From contig CP042461.1 of assembly GCA_004563595.2 (NCBI GenBank), forward strand, positions 840,001 to 872,000: DNA of 32,000 nucleotides, in the 5' to 3' direction. Positions within the stretch are counted from its first letter, which is position 1, and each line of letters begins with the position of its first letter. The translations under genes and the position numbers were made by a program. Positions 9,830 to 20,189 of this stretch are shown here, piece after piece. The notes below the pieces were generated by a model. That model worked only from the letters and a program-made list of their open reading frames with translations, was not told the DNA's origin and made no database searches. The stretch comes from Candidatus Saccharimonadota bacterium (GTDB lineage Bacteria > Patescibacteriota > Gracilibacteria > BD1-5 > UBA6164).

Positions 9830-10225
9830 TTAATAAACAAAGTCAACTTTTACTATTCTATTTCAGAATTTTTTTGATTCTTCTGCTTCTCTTACAGAAA
9901 TTACTTCAAATGCATCAAGAAATCTCTCAGAAATATCCCTAATATCAATTTCTAAACCTTCAAAACTTGCCAGTTCATAGAGTCATTCAGCATCAAAATC
10001 AGTATTTAATATATTCATATTATCTTCCGTTGATATTGATAGATCATGGGAAATCATTTCTCAATACGTTTCAAAATCTTCTACAAGATCTTTCGAATTC
10101 TCTATTTTTGTATCTCAAAAAACAAAGACCGTTGTATTCTCTCAATCAACTACTAATTTTTTACAATTCATCTTTGATACGTCTACTCCTCATTCAAAAG
10201 TAATAGTTCCTGCAAATGTATTCAT
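9830..10225 (-). CDS. hypothetical small acidic protein (131 aa)
   Basis: The code-25 frame reads MNTFAGTITFEGGVDVSKMNCKKLVVDGENTTVFVFGDTK...KFGNRIVKVDFVY*. Its stop lies 8 nt from the downstream gene start. Length is 396 nt. Confidence 0.55.
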
Positions 10226-10243
10226 ATATTTTAGTTATTCAGT

Positions 10244-10286
10244 ATTATCCCTTTCCTAATTCTAGGGAGGGTTAGGATGGGTTATT
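10244..10286. repeat. GC-rich intergenic element E1 (C-tract / CTAG / G-tract), homologous to 21675-21720
   Basis: The plus strand reads ATTATCCCTTTCCTAATTCTAGGGAGGGTTAGGATGGGTTATT. The hairpin arms are ccctttccta (10249-10258) and tagggaggg (10263-10271). The element aligns block by block with ATTATCCCCCCTCCTGCTAGGGAGGGGGTTAGGGGGTGGGGTTATT at 21675-21720. Confidence 0.6.
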
Positions 10287-10634
10287 CTATCTAATAAAAA
10301 TTTCTTTTATTTTTTCTGGTGGTCTCCCTATGACAGCTCTTATTTCATCATATACTATAGGTCTTTGCATAAGCTTTGGAAAATGAGCCATTTTCTTTAA
10401 AATCTCAGTATCAGATGAACCTTTTGTGAGTCATTGTTCTCAAAATTCTGGTTCATTCGTTCTGGTAAAATCTATAGCTTTTATCCCTAATTTTTCTTGT
10501 AAATCACGTAATTCATCAAGATCAAGTGCATTTTTTAGATATGCTCTTAAAATATATCTTTTTCAAGACTTATCCATGAGCTTTAATGCTTCTCTAGACT
10601 TTGAACACCTTGGGTTGTGTAGAAATATATACAT
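10287..10634 (-). CDS. ArsC/Spx/YffB-family thioredoxin-fold protein
   Basis: The translation is MYIFLHNPRCSKSREALKLMDKSGKRYILRAYLKNALDLDELRDLQEKLGIKAIDFTRTNE...MQRPIVYDEIRAVIGRPPEKIKEIF. It carries the N-P-x-C-S-K-S-R signature. Length is 348 nt. Confidence 0.8.
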
Positions 10635-10639
10635 CTATA

Positions 10640-11842
10640 TTAATTAAAAATTATATTCTTTATTAACTCCGTTATTTTAACTTTGTTATGTTTATAAAAA
10701 CTCTCATCGTCAAGCAAGTCTGCTTCTATTACTTGTACTTTTCTTCTCTCTAGCTCCGACCTTTCTCTATTACTTAAAAATAGAAAATCTCATCATTTTA
10801 CAGATATATCATCTTGAAATTTTTTATATTCTAGAGGAGTTAAATCAGGCTTTTTATTATTTACAATAAAGTAATCTATTCTTTTTCATAAAAACATTTC
10901 CACCTTATTCACAAAATCTATTTGAGCGAGACCAGTTGTCTCTCATCATTTATTAGTTGAATTTCAAATATAGATTATTTTTGCATTTGATTCACATAAC
11001 GATTCTCTCACTCAACCAATAATGAAGTTTGAAATAATTGATGTAAATAGATCTCATGGCCCAATAATTATGTAATCAGATTCTACTATAGTGTCATGAA
11101 CTTGTTTATTATGAGAAGCATCTTGCGAACAATGATTGAGTACTAAATCAGAAATTCAAGAATTATATGAAGCAACATTACTTATTCTATCTTGAGATTC
11201 TATAACGTCCCCATTTCATAAAATAGCTTTTATACGAGCTCTTTTTGTTGTAACTGGGATGACTTTTGCTTTTACTTCTAATAAAGTATGCATAAAATCT
11301 ATCATTTTATCATAATCCTGATCAAAGTTATAAAACAAACTTGCCATAAGAATATTTCCAAATTTATGTCATTTAAGAGATGAATGAAGAGGAAGCTTAA
11401 AATCGAAAATATTTGAATAATTGTTATTCAATAGATGAAATAAATCTCCATCTGAAAAATCTACAAACTTAATAAGCTCTTCTTTTAAATCTCATCATCT
11501 TCAAAAAAATAAAAGCTCTTTATTTACTTGCTTAAACAAGTCAAAAATAGTGAATTCTCATATTTTTTCCTCATTTAAAAAAGTATATTCAAATACAAGC
11601 TTAAAATAGTCTCTATATTCTGATGAAGAAAGTGAAAATAAACACCTTCTTAAATCTCCTGGAGGAGGTAAGTGTAAACCAAGATCATCATGAAAAGCCT
11701 TCATTAATTCTCATGTTGTTCTTCCATCATCACTCATTGATACAACTGATGTTATTGATACTCTATCATCTAATGAATGATAAAATGCATCGAGTAGATT
11801 AGATTGCCCATTTCAACCTCAGATTGTTGTAATTTTTAGCAT
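10640..11842 (-). CDS. YvcK/CofD-like (UPF0052, gluconeogenesis-factor family) protein
   Basis: The translation is MLKITTIGGGNGQSNLLDAFY..VVSMSDDGRTTGELM..LPPPGDLRRCLFSL..DYIIIGPGDLFTSIISNF. It is longer than typical family members because of insertions. Length is 1203 nt. Confidence 0.8.
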
Positions 11843-11845
11843 AAA

Positions 11846-12715
11846 CTATATTTTTAAACTTTTTATAAAATCTTTTAGTTCACCTTTTAGATCATCTCTT
11901 TTCAATCAATAGGCAATAGAGGCTTTTAAAAACCCTATTTTTGATCCTGTATCATACCTATCTCATTGGATATTTACTCAATAAATATCTTGATCTTTTC
12001 TCATGAGCTCAAAAGCATCAGCAAGTCTTATTTCATCATCTCAACTTCCTGAAGATGATTTCTCTAAATAATCAAAAATTTCAGGAGTAAGCACATATTT
12101 TCAAATCACTCATGAACGAGACTCTGTTTCACTTGATTTTGGTTTCTCTAAAAACTTTGATACTTCAAAAGTTTCTCTATCAGTTGAATTTGTTTCTATG
12201 ATTCAATAATTTGAAACATCTTTATCTGAAACTTGAACTGTAGCAATAACTGGGTTATGTTTTCTCTCAAAAGCATCTACTAATTGACATGCTGCACTAA
12301 CTTCATTATCAATGATATCATCTCAAAATAAAACAAGGAATGGTTCATCTCAAATTAGATTTTTTGTTCTCAATATAGCTTCTCAGTCTCCTTTTGGATA
12401 TGGCTGTCTCACATATACAATATTTGCCATATTATTGAGTCATTTGATAGTTTTTAAGTACTCAAACTTTCATGATTTATCGAGTCTTTCTTCTAGCTCA
12501 AAATTTGAATCAAAATGATCTTCGATAGCTCTTTTACTTCTTCATGTCACAATAATAATATCTGTACATCAAGCTGAAATTGCCTCTTCAACCAAGAGTT
12601 GCATCACAGGTTTATCTATAATTGGAAACATTTCTTTTGGGAGAGCTTTTGTGGCTGGTAGAAACCTAGTTCCAAATCATGCTGCTGGGATAACACATTT
12701 TCTTATCTTTTGCAT
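11846..12715 (-). CDS. galU: UTP--glucose-1-phosphate uridylyltransferase
   Basis: The translation is [103 protein letters not shown]. By hand count, about 15 of its Gly codons are TGA. Length is 870 nt. Confidence 0.9.
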
Positions 12716-12733
12716 AGAGCGTAATATATTATT

Positions 12734-13018
12734 TTAATAAATAGTTTGCAGTACTACTTCAGAGTTTTCATCCTTTATTCCAGAAATGCATGTCATAATC
12801 TCTTCAGGAGCAAGAGGAAATCACGCTTCTCATCTAAAATTATCTATTATATTGTCTCTGCCTGATTCCACCCTACACATACAAGCTCCACAAATCCCAG
12901 TGAAACAAGCAGATGAAATTTCTACTCAAGATTCATTTAATTGTTTTAATAAAGTCTTCTTTGTATCTCAAGGAATCGTTTTTATAATTTCTCAAGTACT
13001 ATTCTTGATTACGATCAT
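12734..13018 (-). CDS. plant-type [2Fe-2S] ferredoxin-like protein (94 aa)
   Basis: The translation is MIVIKNSTGEIIKTIPGDTKKTLLKQLNESGVEISSACFTGICGACMCRVESGRDNIID..IMTCISG. It has the C-x4-C-x2-C spacing plus a distal Cys. Length is 285 nt. Confidence 0.7.
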
Positions 13019-13020
13019 TA

Positions 13021-13974
13021 TTATTTATTTCAAATATTTAAAAGTGGAATTGCTGAACCTTCTCATCCCATATAATACGTTGGGTATTGTCCATTCCATT
13101 TATTAATAGCATTTAGTTCATTTTCTAGCTTTTTATAATCAATTACATCTTGATTAATTTGTTGTCTGATAAGCTTATTATAGGCTTCGATTCATTCTCA
13201 CTCTAAGATTTTTGCTTGCCTTTCTCATTCTGCTTCTTTAACTTTTGCTTCAGCTATTGCTTCTGCTTGCTTTACTTTTTGTTGTGCCTCAATCGCTACT
13301 CTTTCCAGTTCATATATTTCTTTTTCTTTTCTTTGTTCTGCAATTTGTTTTTCTTCAATACTTTTCTTAAACTCTAGATTAAAGTCAAAGTTTGTTAAAC
13401 TTACTCATTCTAAAATAAGTCATTCTTTTAAAAATGCTTCTCTTAATTGTAGTTCAACGTTTGTTTTAATTTTTTCTCTGTTTGTAAGAATTTCGGATAC
13501 TTTAAATTTTGCTGTGTGTGTTTTGATACTATCAATAATAGCAGGAATTACTTTTTTTGATTCATAATCAAGTCATACATTTTGATATATTGTAGATACC
13601 TTCGCTTTATCTAAACTATAAGTAACAATAGTATCAACATATACATCTTGTAAATCTGCTGAAGCACTATCAAGTCTTGCTCTTACATTACTAATATCAG
13701 GATATTTTTCTGGATTATTCGTAAATACAATTTTTTGTGTTCTTACATCAATAGATGTAATTGATTCTACCAAAGGAAATCTAAAATGAATTCATTCATC
13801 AAGTACTTTATCTTTTACTCATCAAAATTTAGAAAAGACTACTCACCTTTGTCATGCATCGATAACAACAAGAGGATTTAACATTGTAAACACTAAAACT
13901 ACAATAAATATTATTAATACAAACTTAATTGGTTTTAATACTGAATTATTTAACCATTCTACTATTTTTCTCAT
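13021..13974 (-). CDS. SPFH/Band 7 (prohibitin-like) membrane protein
   Basis: An N-terminal TM helix is followed by VVIDAGQRGVVFSKFGGVKDKVLDEGIHFRFPLVESITSIDVRTQ..ILTNREKIKTNVELQLREAFLKEGLILEGVSLTNFDF and then an A/E/K-rich coiled coil. The stop lies 2 nt before the ferredoxin ATG. Length is 954 nt. Confidence 0.85.
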
Positions 13975-14005
13975 AATCATATAATTAATAATATAAAACT
14001 TATTT

Positions 14006-14512
14006 TTATTTTCAAAGCTTATCTACTACACTTTCGTAGTCATCCCAAACACTTTTTCAATTATTAAATGAAAAATCTGAATTCTGTTTTCTTTTTGTTT
14101 TTGTTTGTAACTTTTCTTCATTTATATTTGTCTCTTTGACTGGTTTCGATTTATCTGAGCTATAGATCAGAGTTTCTCATGTGTAATTAATTTTATCCAT
14201 TTTTTCAATTTTTTCTACTTTTTTATCTTTCTTATTTTTTCACTTGTATTTTGCTATTTGCATATCTACAGAATATACTCACTTCTTAAATGTCTTGTAT
14301 TTTTCTTCATCTCACAGAAGCTCCTTTATACATGTATATATTTCATATTTTACAAATATTCTATCTAAATCTATATCAGTGTTTACAAAAAATATAAATG
14401 CTAGTATCAATAAAAAAGGAAAGTGATAAAAAAATATCCCTGCAAAAATACAAAATACAATAAATATTTGTACTCTTTTTTTACAATGTGATTTCCTTAC
14501 CATTCAAGTCAT
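14006..14512 (-). CDS. hypothetical membrane protein with K/E-rich tail
   Basis: The translation is M(TGM)VRKSHCKKRVQIFIVFCIFAGIFFYHFPFLLILAFIFFV...; it continues through 5 TGA codons to ...SVWDDYESVVDKLGK*. The start may be 14512 or 14503. Confidence 0.5.
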
Positions 14513-14531
14513 AATAGTAGTTAATTGATAT

Positions 14532-14602
14532 ACCTCTCTCTTGCCCTAAAGGATACACCTTCGGATAATTTCTCTCCCCTTTGGAGGGGAAAGAGGCTGC
14601 AG
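14532..14602 (-). terminator. GC-rich structured spacer E3; likely metG terminator hairpin
   Basis: The minus-strand RNA forms tctttcccct-ccaa-aggggagaga (14594 down to 14571), a 10-bp stem that includes one G.U pair. That pair becomes a C.A mismatch on the plus strand, so the fold favours the minus transcript. The hairpin starts just after the metG TAA. Confidence 0.5.
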
Positions 14603-16186
14603 TTAAACATCAAATCTTTTAAATAGTGGCTCTCATTTTTCTTTAATATGAAATACCTCTGTTGCATCTCTTAATTTTTGTAGATTTCACTCTTCTAATT
14701 CCTCTACATAATTTTCTAAACCAAGTTTAATAAACATTTCTCACATTTTTTCTGGGAAGAACACATATAATGATAAACCTACTTGCCTCAATCACTCTGC
14801 TATTGTATATAATACTTCTTTTGTCTCATCCCTTTTATTTTCATCTTTTATCATCTGCCATGGCTCATTTGTATCTACATATTTATTTATTTCATCTAAA
14901 TACTTAAATGCATGATCCAATGCTCATTTAAGATTATATGTCTTCATATTACTATCAAAATCATAATCATTTTCCCATTTTCAAATGAGTAAATCTGGAT
15001 CTAATATTATATCTGATCACTCTAATCAATCTTCTAAAGCTAATTTTAAAGTTAATACAACTACTCTATTCACTAAGTTCCCTAAATTATTTGCTAACTT
15101 TGCATTGTAGATTAATATTGCCTGCTTTTGATCAAAATCTCAGTCTTGCCCAATATTAAAACTTGATAATAAATAGAGAGTCAATAAATCTTTTGAATAT
15201 GTTTCTGAAAACTCAACCGGATCAATTACATTTCAAAGAGATTTTGAAATCTTTTGCCCATCAACAGTAAAGAATCAAGTGGTAAGAATCTGTTTTGGTA
15301 ACTCATATCATGCTGATATAAGCATAGCTGGCCAATAAATAGCATGAAATCTAATAATGTCTTTTCAGACTACATGCAAATCAGCTGGCCAAAAACCTTC
15401 ATCTCAATTTTGACAAACAGTAAGATAATTAAATAAAGCATCATACCATACATATGTAACTTGCGCTTCATCAAAAGGAAGCGTGATCCCAAATTTATTT
15501 GTTTCTCTGGAAATCGAGAAATCTTCTAAACCTCTCTTCGTAAATGCTTTCACTTCATTGAATCTATCTGAAGGAATTACAAATTTTGGATTCTCATCAT
15601 AAAATTTTTCTAACTCTTCTTGATATTTTGAAAGCTTAAAAAAATAATTTTTTTCTTTAATTGTATCTGGTGTTGTTAAATGGTCAGGGCAGACTTTTAT
15701 AATATTATCAGATACTTTTATTTCTTTTTTAATAGGGAAAGTTTCTTTTGTTGTTTTATTAAGATAGACAAGATCATCGTCTTTTTTGAATCCTTCACAT
15801 CCAACACAATACATTCATTCATACTCCCCTGCATAAATATCTCCGTTATCAAAAGACTTTTGTAATACACTTTTTACAAATTCATGATGCCTTGATTCTG
15901 TTGTTCTTATAAAATCTGTATATTCAATTTTTAATCCATCCCAAACAGCTCTGTGTTTTGAAGCCATTAAATCTAAATATTTCATGGTAGGCATACCATT
16001 TTCTTCAGCTGCTATTACAGCTTTTTGACTATTCTCATCAACTCAAGTACAAAATTTTATTTTTTTTCAGTTTATTTTATTATTTCTTGCTATGGTATCT
16101 GCTATAATTGAACTATAACTGTGTCATATATGTGGGATTCAATTTGTGTAATAAATTGGTGTAGTAACATAAAAATTTTCTTTCAT
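14603..16186 (-). CDS. metG: methionyl-tRNA synthetase
   Basis: The N-terminus is [34 protein letters not shown], with the HIGH Gly encoded by TGA. A track fragment reads CVGCEGFKKDDD..VCPDH (zinc knuckle) ..VWYDALFNYLT. Length is 1584 nt. Confidence 0.93.
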
Positions 16187-16191
16187 TAAAA

Positions 16192-16224
16192 ATAGCTAGC
16201 AATATAAATCTTATTGCTAGCTAT
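16192..16224 (-). promoter_or_regulatory. 13-bp hairpin abutting the metG start codon (terminator of the upstream gene or a metG leader structure)
   Basis: The arms are atagctagcaata (16192-16204) and tattgctagctat (16212-16224). On the minus strand the hairpin is followed by TTTTTA and then the ATG of metG. Confidence 0.5.
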
Positions 16225-16267
16225 TTTAGTTTCTTTTTTGCTTTTGTAAAGTAAAAAATCGAACAAT

Positions 16268-16981
16268 TTAAGAAATTAATTCATTTCTAAAAACTATAGG
16301 TTTTCCCAGGGATCGTACATCTATAATATTCCCTACTCTATCCGAGAATTCTCGAGAATAAACATCCAAATTTTCAGGATTTTCATCATGTAATTTTAAG
16401 GCTCTTGAGTGACTTAAAGTTTTAAACTTTATTCATGAACTTTTAATAGTAGATTCTTTATACCTTTCATCATTATAAAACCATTTCACGTAAGGAACAG
16501 GTAATATAAACATTGATTTTAAAAACATGTTTCTTTTTAAGTACTCTTGAGATGATAGTTTTGTTTGATTGTTGACATAAACATTTGTGGGATTTTCTAA
16601 CCCATTTGTTAACATATAGTATAACATAATATAAAAGCCATCTTGTTCCATTCTATCTAATTGTTCTCTTTTAATCACACCTCAAGAAGTTCAAGATAAT
16701 CTTGTTTTGATTTCTCAGGAAATACCATCAGGAAAAAAAACATCATGTCAGCTTTTATTTAAGTTTTTCTTACATCACAAAATTTTCTTTACTTTTTCTT
16801 CTCACCAATTTCATACAATTGCTCTTACTTTTTGTATGTCAGCTCAAGAATAAGAAGGAGAAATATAAGGAACTTTTTTTTCTTCTTTTGACAAATTTAG
16901 TTCATTCAAAATTTCTCAACTAGAGGGGTCAACCGATGCTCACGTCACAATTGAATCTGTAGAGTATTTTTCTATATTCAT
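16268..16981 (-). CDS. hypothetical protein (237 aa)
   Basis: The code-25 frame is continuous over 714 nt and contains track ORF 16433-16678. AAGGAGGGA lies 20 nt upstream of the ATG, so an in-frame ATT start closer to that SD is possible. Confidence 0.55.
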
Positions 16982-17063
16982 TTGAATAATATCAATAATA
17001 ATCCCTCCTTATTTAAAATTTTTACCGATATATATTAATAGATTATTTATATAAGTCAATAAT

Positions 17064-17915
17064 CTATAATTGATCATTTAACTCTTCTCCACAAATCATA
17101 CAATAATTTGCATCTTTCGGGTTTTTTGACTTACATCTATGACAATGTTTTGATCTGGCATGATGTTTATGAGTCATTTCATGATTTCTCGATGTTTCCA
17201 TAAACACCATAATCGTAACTGCTGATGCTAATGCAAGTACGAGAGGTCACAAGAATACAAGAAAACTTCAAAATACTCTTCATAGATTTGTGAGTGGTAC
17301 CATATCTCAGAATCAAACTGTTGTCATGGTAACCAGCCCCCACCAAAGAGTTATAGGAATTGAAGTAAACTTCGTTCAGATTACATCTTTTTCAAAATAA
17401 TAAACAAATGATGAACCAATAAATAATATTACAAAAAATAATATGTATACTGCTTTATACTCATCAATATAATCTTTTAAGGCCTTAATAAATCATGCGG
17501 TAAGTGGGATTTTTTTTACAAGTCTTAACACTCTCAATACTCTTAGTAGTCTTAATAACTTCAATATATCTCAGACTGATAACAATCAAAAGAAAAATGG
17601 TACAAATGAGAATAAATCAATAACTCGAATTGGATTTGCGATAAAACTAATCTTCTCTTTTGCATTGAAAAGTCTATAAAAATACTCCCCTGCAAATACT
17701 ATTGAAATGAAAGCATCAAAGACAAATAATTCAAACTTATATGTAACTTCATTTGTTCAAATACTTTCAAAAACAAAGATAAAAGCAAATAATACAACGA
17801 GTGATGTAATAAAATTACTTAAAAACTGCCCAATTTTACTCTTTGGGTCATCTAAGATATTTTCATATTTGCTATTATTATAGCCAAAAATTTTATTTTT
17901 TAAGCTCAGTAACAT
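17064..17915 (-). CDS. voltage-gated-type K+ channel with C-terminal zinc-ribbon tail
   Basis: The S4-like segment is LKLLRLLRVLRVLRLVKK. The pore is IPITLWWGLVTMTTVGFGDMVP, with both filter Gly encoded by TGA. The tail is HCHRCKSKNPKDANYCMICG. Length is 852 nt. Confidence 0.85.
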
Positions 17916-17931
17916 AATTAAACTTATGAAT

Positions 17932-17964
17932 AAAAAAAACTACTATAATTATAGCAGTTTTTTC
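17932..17964 (-). terminator. rho-independent terminator after the M48 protease gene
   Basis: The sequence aaaaaaaactactataattatagcagtttttt forms an imperfect palindrome with flanking A and T runs. It lies directly after the stop at 17967-17969. Confidence 0.5.
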
Positions 17965-17966
17965 TT

Positions 17967-19208
17967 TTATTTTCAAACTTTTCTAATTGCAGAGAATCTT
18001 TTTAATACTGTTGGGTGTGAATAGTAGAAAAACTCATATGCCGGGTGCGGTCTCAGGTTTGAAAGATTATTTCTAGAAAGCTTTGTAAGAGCTCAAACAA
18101 GCAATTCTCCATCTATATGCTTTGCAGCAAATTCATCAGCTTGATATTCATTTCTTCTTGATAATACATTTCCAAATAGCCCTAATATAATCGATATTGG
18201 AGTGAAGAGTATTCCAAATGCAATTGCTCATACATGAAAACTTCATTGTGTTGCTCCTAAAGCCATAGAAACTTCATCAAAACTAAGAGCTAATCAAAAT
18301 ACATATAACATAAACCCTGTTTGGACCGTAGAGAAGGCTAACATTTGAAGAGTATGTTTTCTCTTATAATGTCCAATTTCATGAGCAAGCACAGCCACAA
18401 GTTCATCTACTGATAAATCTTTGATAAGAGTATCATATAACACTATTCTTTTCTTTGGTCAAAAACCTGAAAAATATGCATTTGCTTTGCTTGATCTCTT
18501 TGATCCATCAATCACAAATATATTATCTAATTTAAATCATACTTTTTTTGCAAATTTTTCAATCCCATCTCTCAGATCTCATTTATCAAGAGGAGTTTGT
18601 TTATTAAAAATTGGTACGATGAGGCTTGAGTAAAACATCATAAAGAATACTGACATAAAAGTTGCTACTCACCAAGCATATACCCAGAATAAGTTTCAAA
18701 CACTCGTATAGATAAAGACTATAAGTGATAACAGTACTCATCATATAATAGCTGATAGCAGAAGGGATTTTATCGTATCAAGAAAAAAGAGTTTTTTTGT
18801 CATTTTATTAAACCCAAATTTTTCTTCTATAACAAATACTGAATACAGTGAGAATGGAAGTCCAATAGCAGTTTGAACAAGAGTGATAATTCAAAAGAAA
18901 TATAAAGCCATTACTATTTCAGAACTTGTAAGTCCTCTTACAAATATGTCTAACCAACCAAACCCTCCAAAGATTAATATAAGAAGCATAATTGTAAAAG
19001 AAAATATACTTCAGAAAATTCCAAATTTATACTTAGTTTTTTCGTAATCCATTGATTTCTTGTATTTTTTTTCATCATAAATCTCTTTTAATTCTTTTGG
19101 AAGTTTATTCGTCCAATTCAGAGTGTTTAGATATCATAATAATTTTGTTAATAAAAATTCAAATAACACTAGTACAATAATTATGTAAAAAATAGTTTCA
19201 ACTGTCAT
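17967..19208 (-). CDS. M48 family (Ste24/HtpX-like) zinc metalloprotease
   Basis: It is a multi-TM protein with ..[64 protein letters not shown]. Length is 1242 nt. Confidence 0.85.
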
Positions 19209-19276
19209 ATATATTTAAATCAATAATTAAAGAAAACTCCAAAGTAGACTACCTCTAGAGGGTTATAAGTCAATCT

Positions 19277-20149
19277 TTATTTCCCAAAATAAACCAATAC
19301 TACTCACAATACAATAAAAATTCAAATCAGAAACTTTCTTGGTAAATTACTTTCTTTAAAAAAGATTCATCAGAGTATAATAGTAAATAACATTCATGCT
19401 GTTTTGATAGCAGACATATATCAAATAAATATATATTGTATTGCCGTCATTTGGGCTATATGTCATATGGCATAAAAAACAAATGTTCCAATAAGTACAA
19501 GATAGCTATTCTTAATATACTGGATATCTTTTTTATATGTTTTTAGAAATCAAAATAGGCTCGTGAAAAATAAAAATATATTCATTATGAATAACCAAAA
19601 AATTGGGTATGTTTCTAAAACTCAAATTTTATCAAAAATGTTAGTAAAACTATAACAAACTACTGTAATGAGAAAAAACTGAGATCATTTATTGGTAAAT
19701 ATATGTTTTATAGGTTCGAAAAAATTTGTATGGTATTTTTGAAAGTTCAAGAAATATACTCAAAACAGTATGATAAATACTCATAATATTCAGAAAAGAT
19801 TCGGAGTTTCTTTGAGTAGGATAAATCACAATAATAATACTCCAACTGTAATTAATCAATTTAATGGTGAAATATATGAAATATCTTCTGATTGTAATGC
19901 TTTAAAAGAAAATAACTTTCAAGCATAAAATAATATCCCTGAAAATATGAACACAAGAATAAGCTTTCATGTTATTTCTGGAATTCAAATATACAATACA
20001 AAAGGAAACCAAAAAAGAATACTCAGCCCTGACAATATAAATACAAGCGTATTTGAATTTATATTCTTTAAATTAGTTTTTTGAAAAATTCACTTTGCAG
20101 AGTGTGAAAAAGCAGTGAGAATTGCCAATAAAAATCAAATTGTCTCCAT
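19277..20149 (-). CDS. EamA/DMT-family transporter
   Basis: The protein is 290 aa and polytopic: METIGFLLAILTAFSHSAKGIFQK..SYISPLNGLITVGVLLLGFILLKE..YMSAIKTAGMLFTIILGGIFFKE. The duplicated EamA-like halves are recognisable. Length is 873 nt. Confidence 0.75.
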
Positions 20150-20189
20150 TTATATATTTTTAAATAAGAAAAAATAAGTATAATACTTT

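Noticed and set aside
12786-13106. A 106-aa plus-strand ORF (and similarly 20894-21214, 3359-3589, 3842-4069 and 5545-5727)
   Set aside because: These lie antisense to the ferredoxin and SPFH genes, cysS, uvrB and the amidase gene respectively. They are by-products of AT-rich antisense frames.
16187-16267. A T-box riboswitch upstream of metG (and of cysS at 21669-21715)
   Set aside because: The leaders are only about 45-80 nt, far shorter than T-box leaders of about 200 nt or more. No T-box sequence or specifier-loop architecture is visible.
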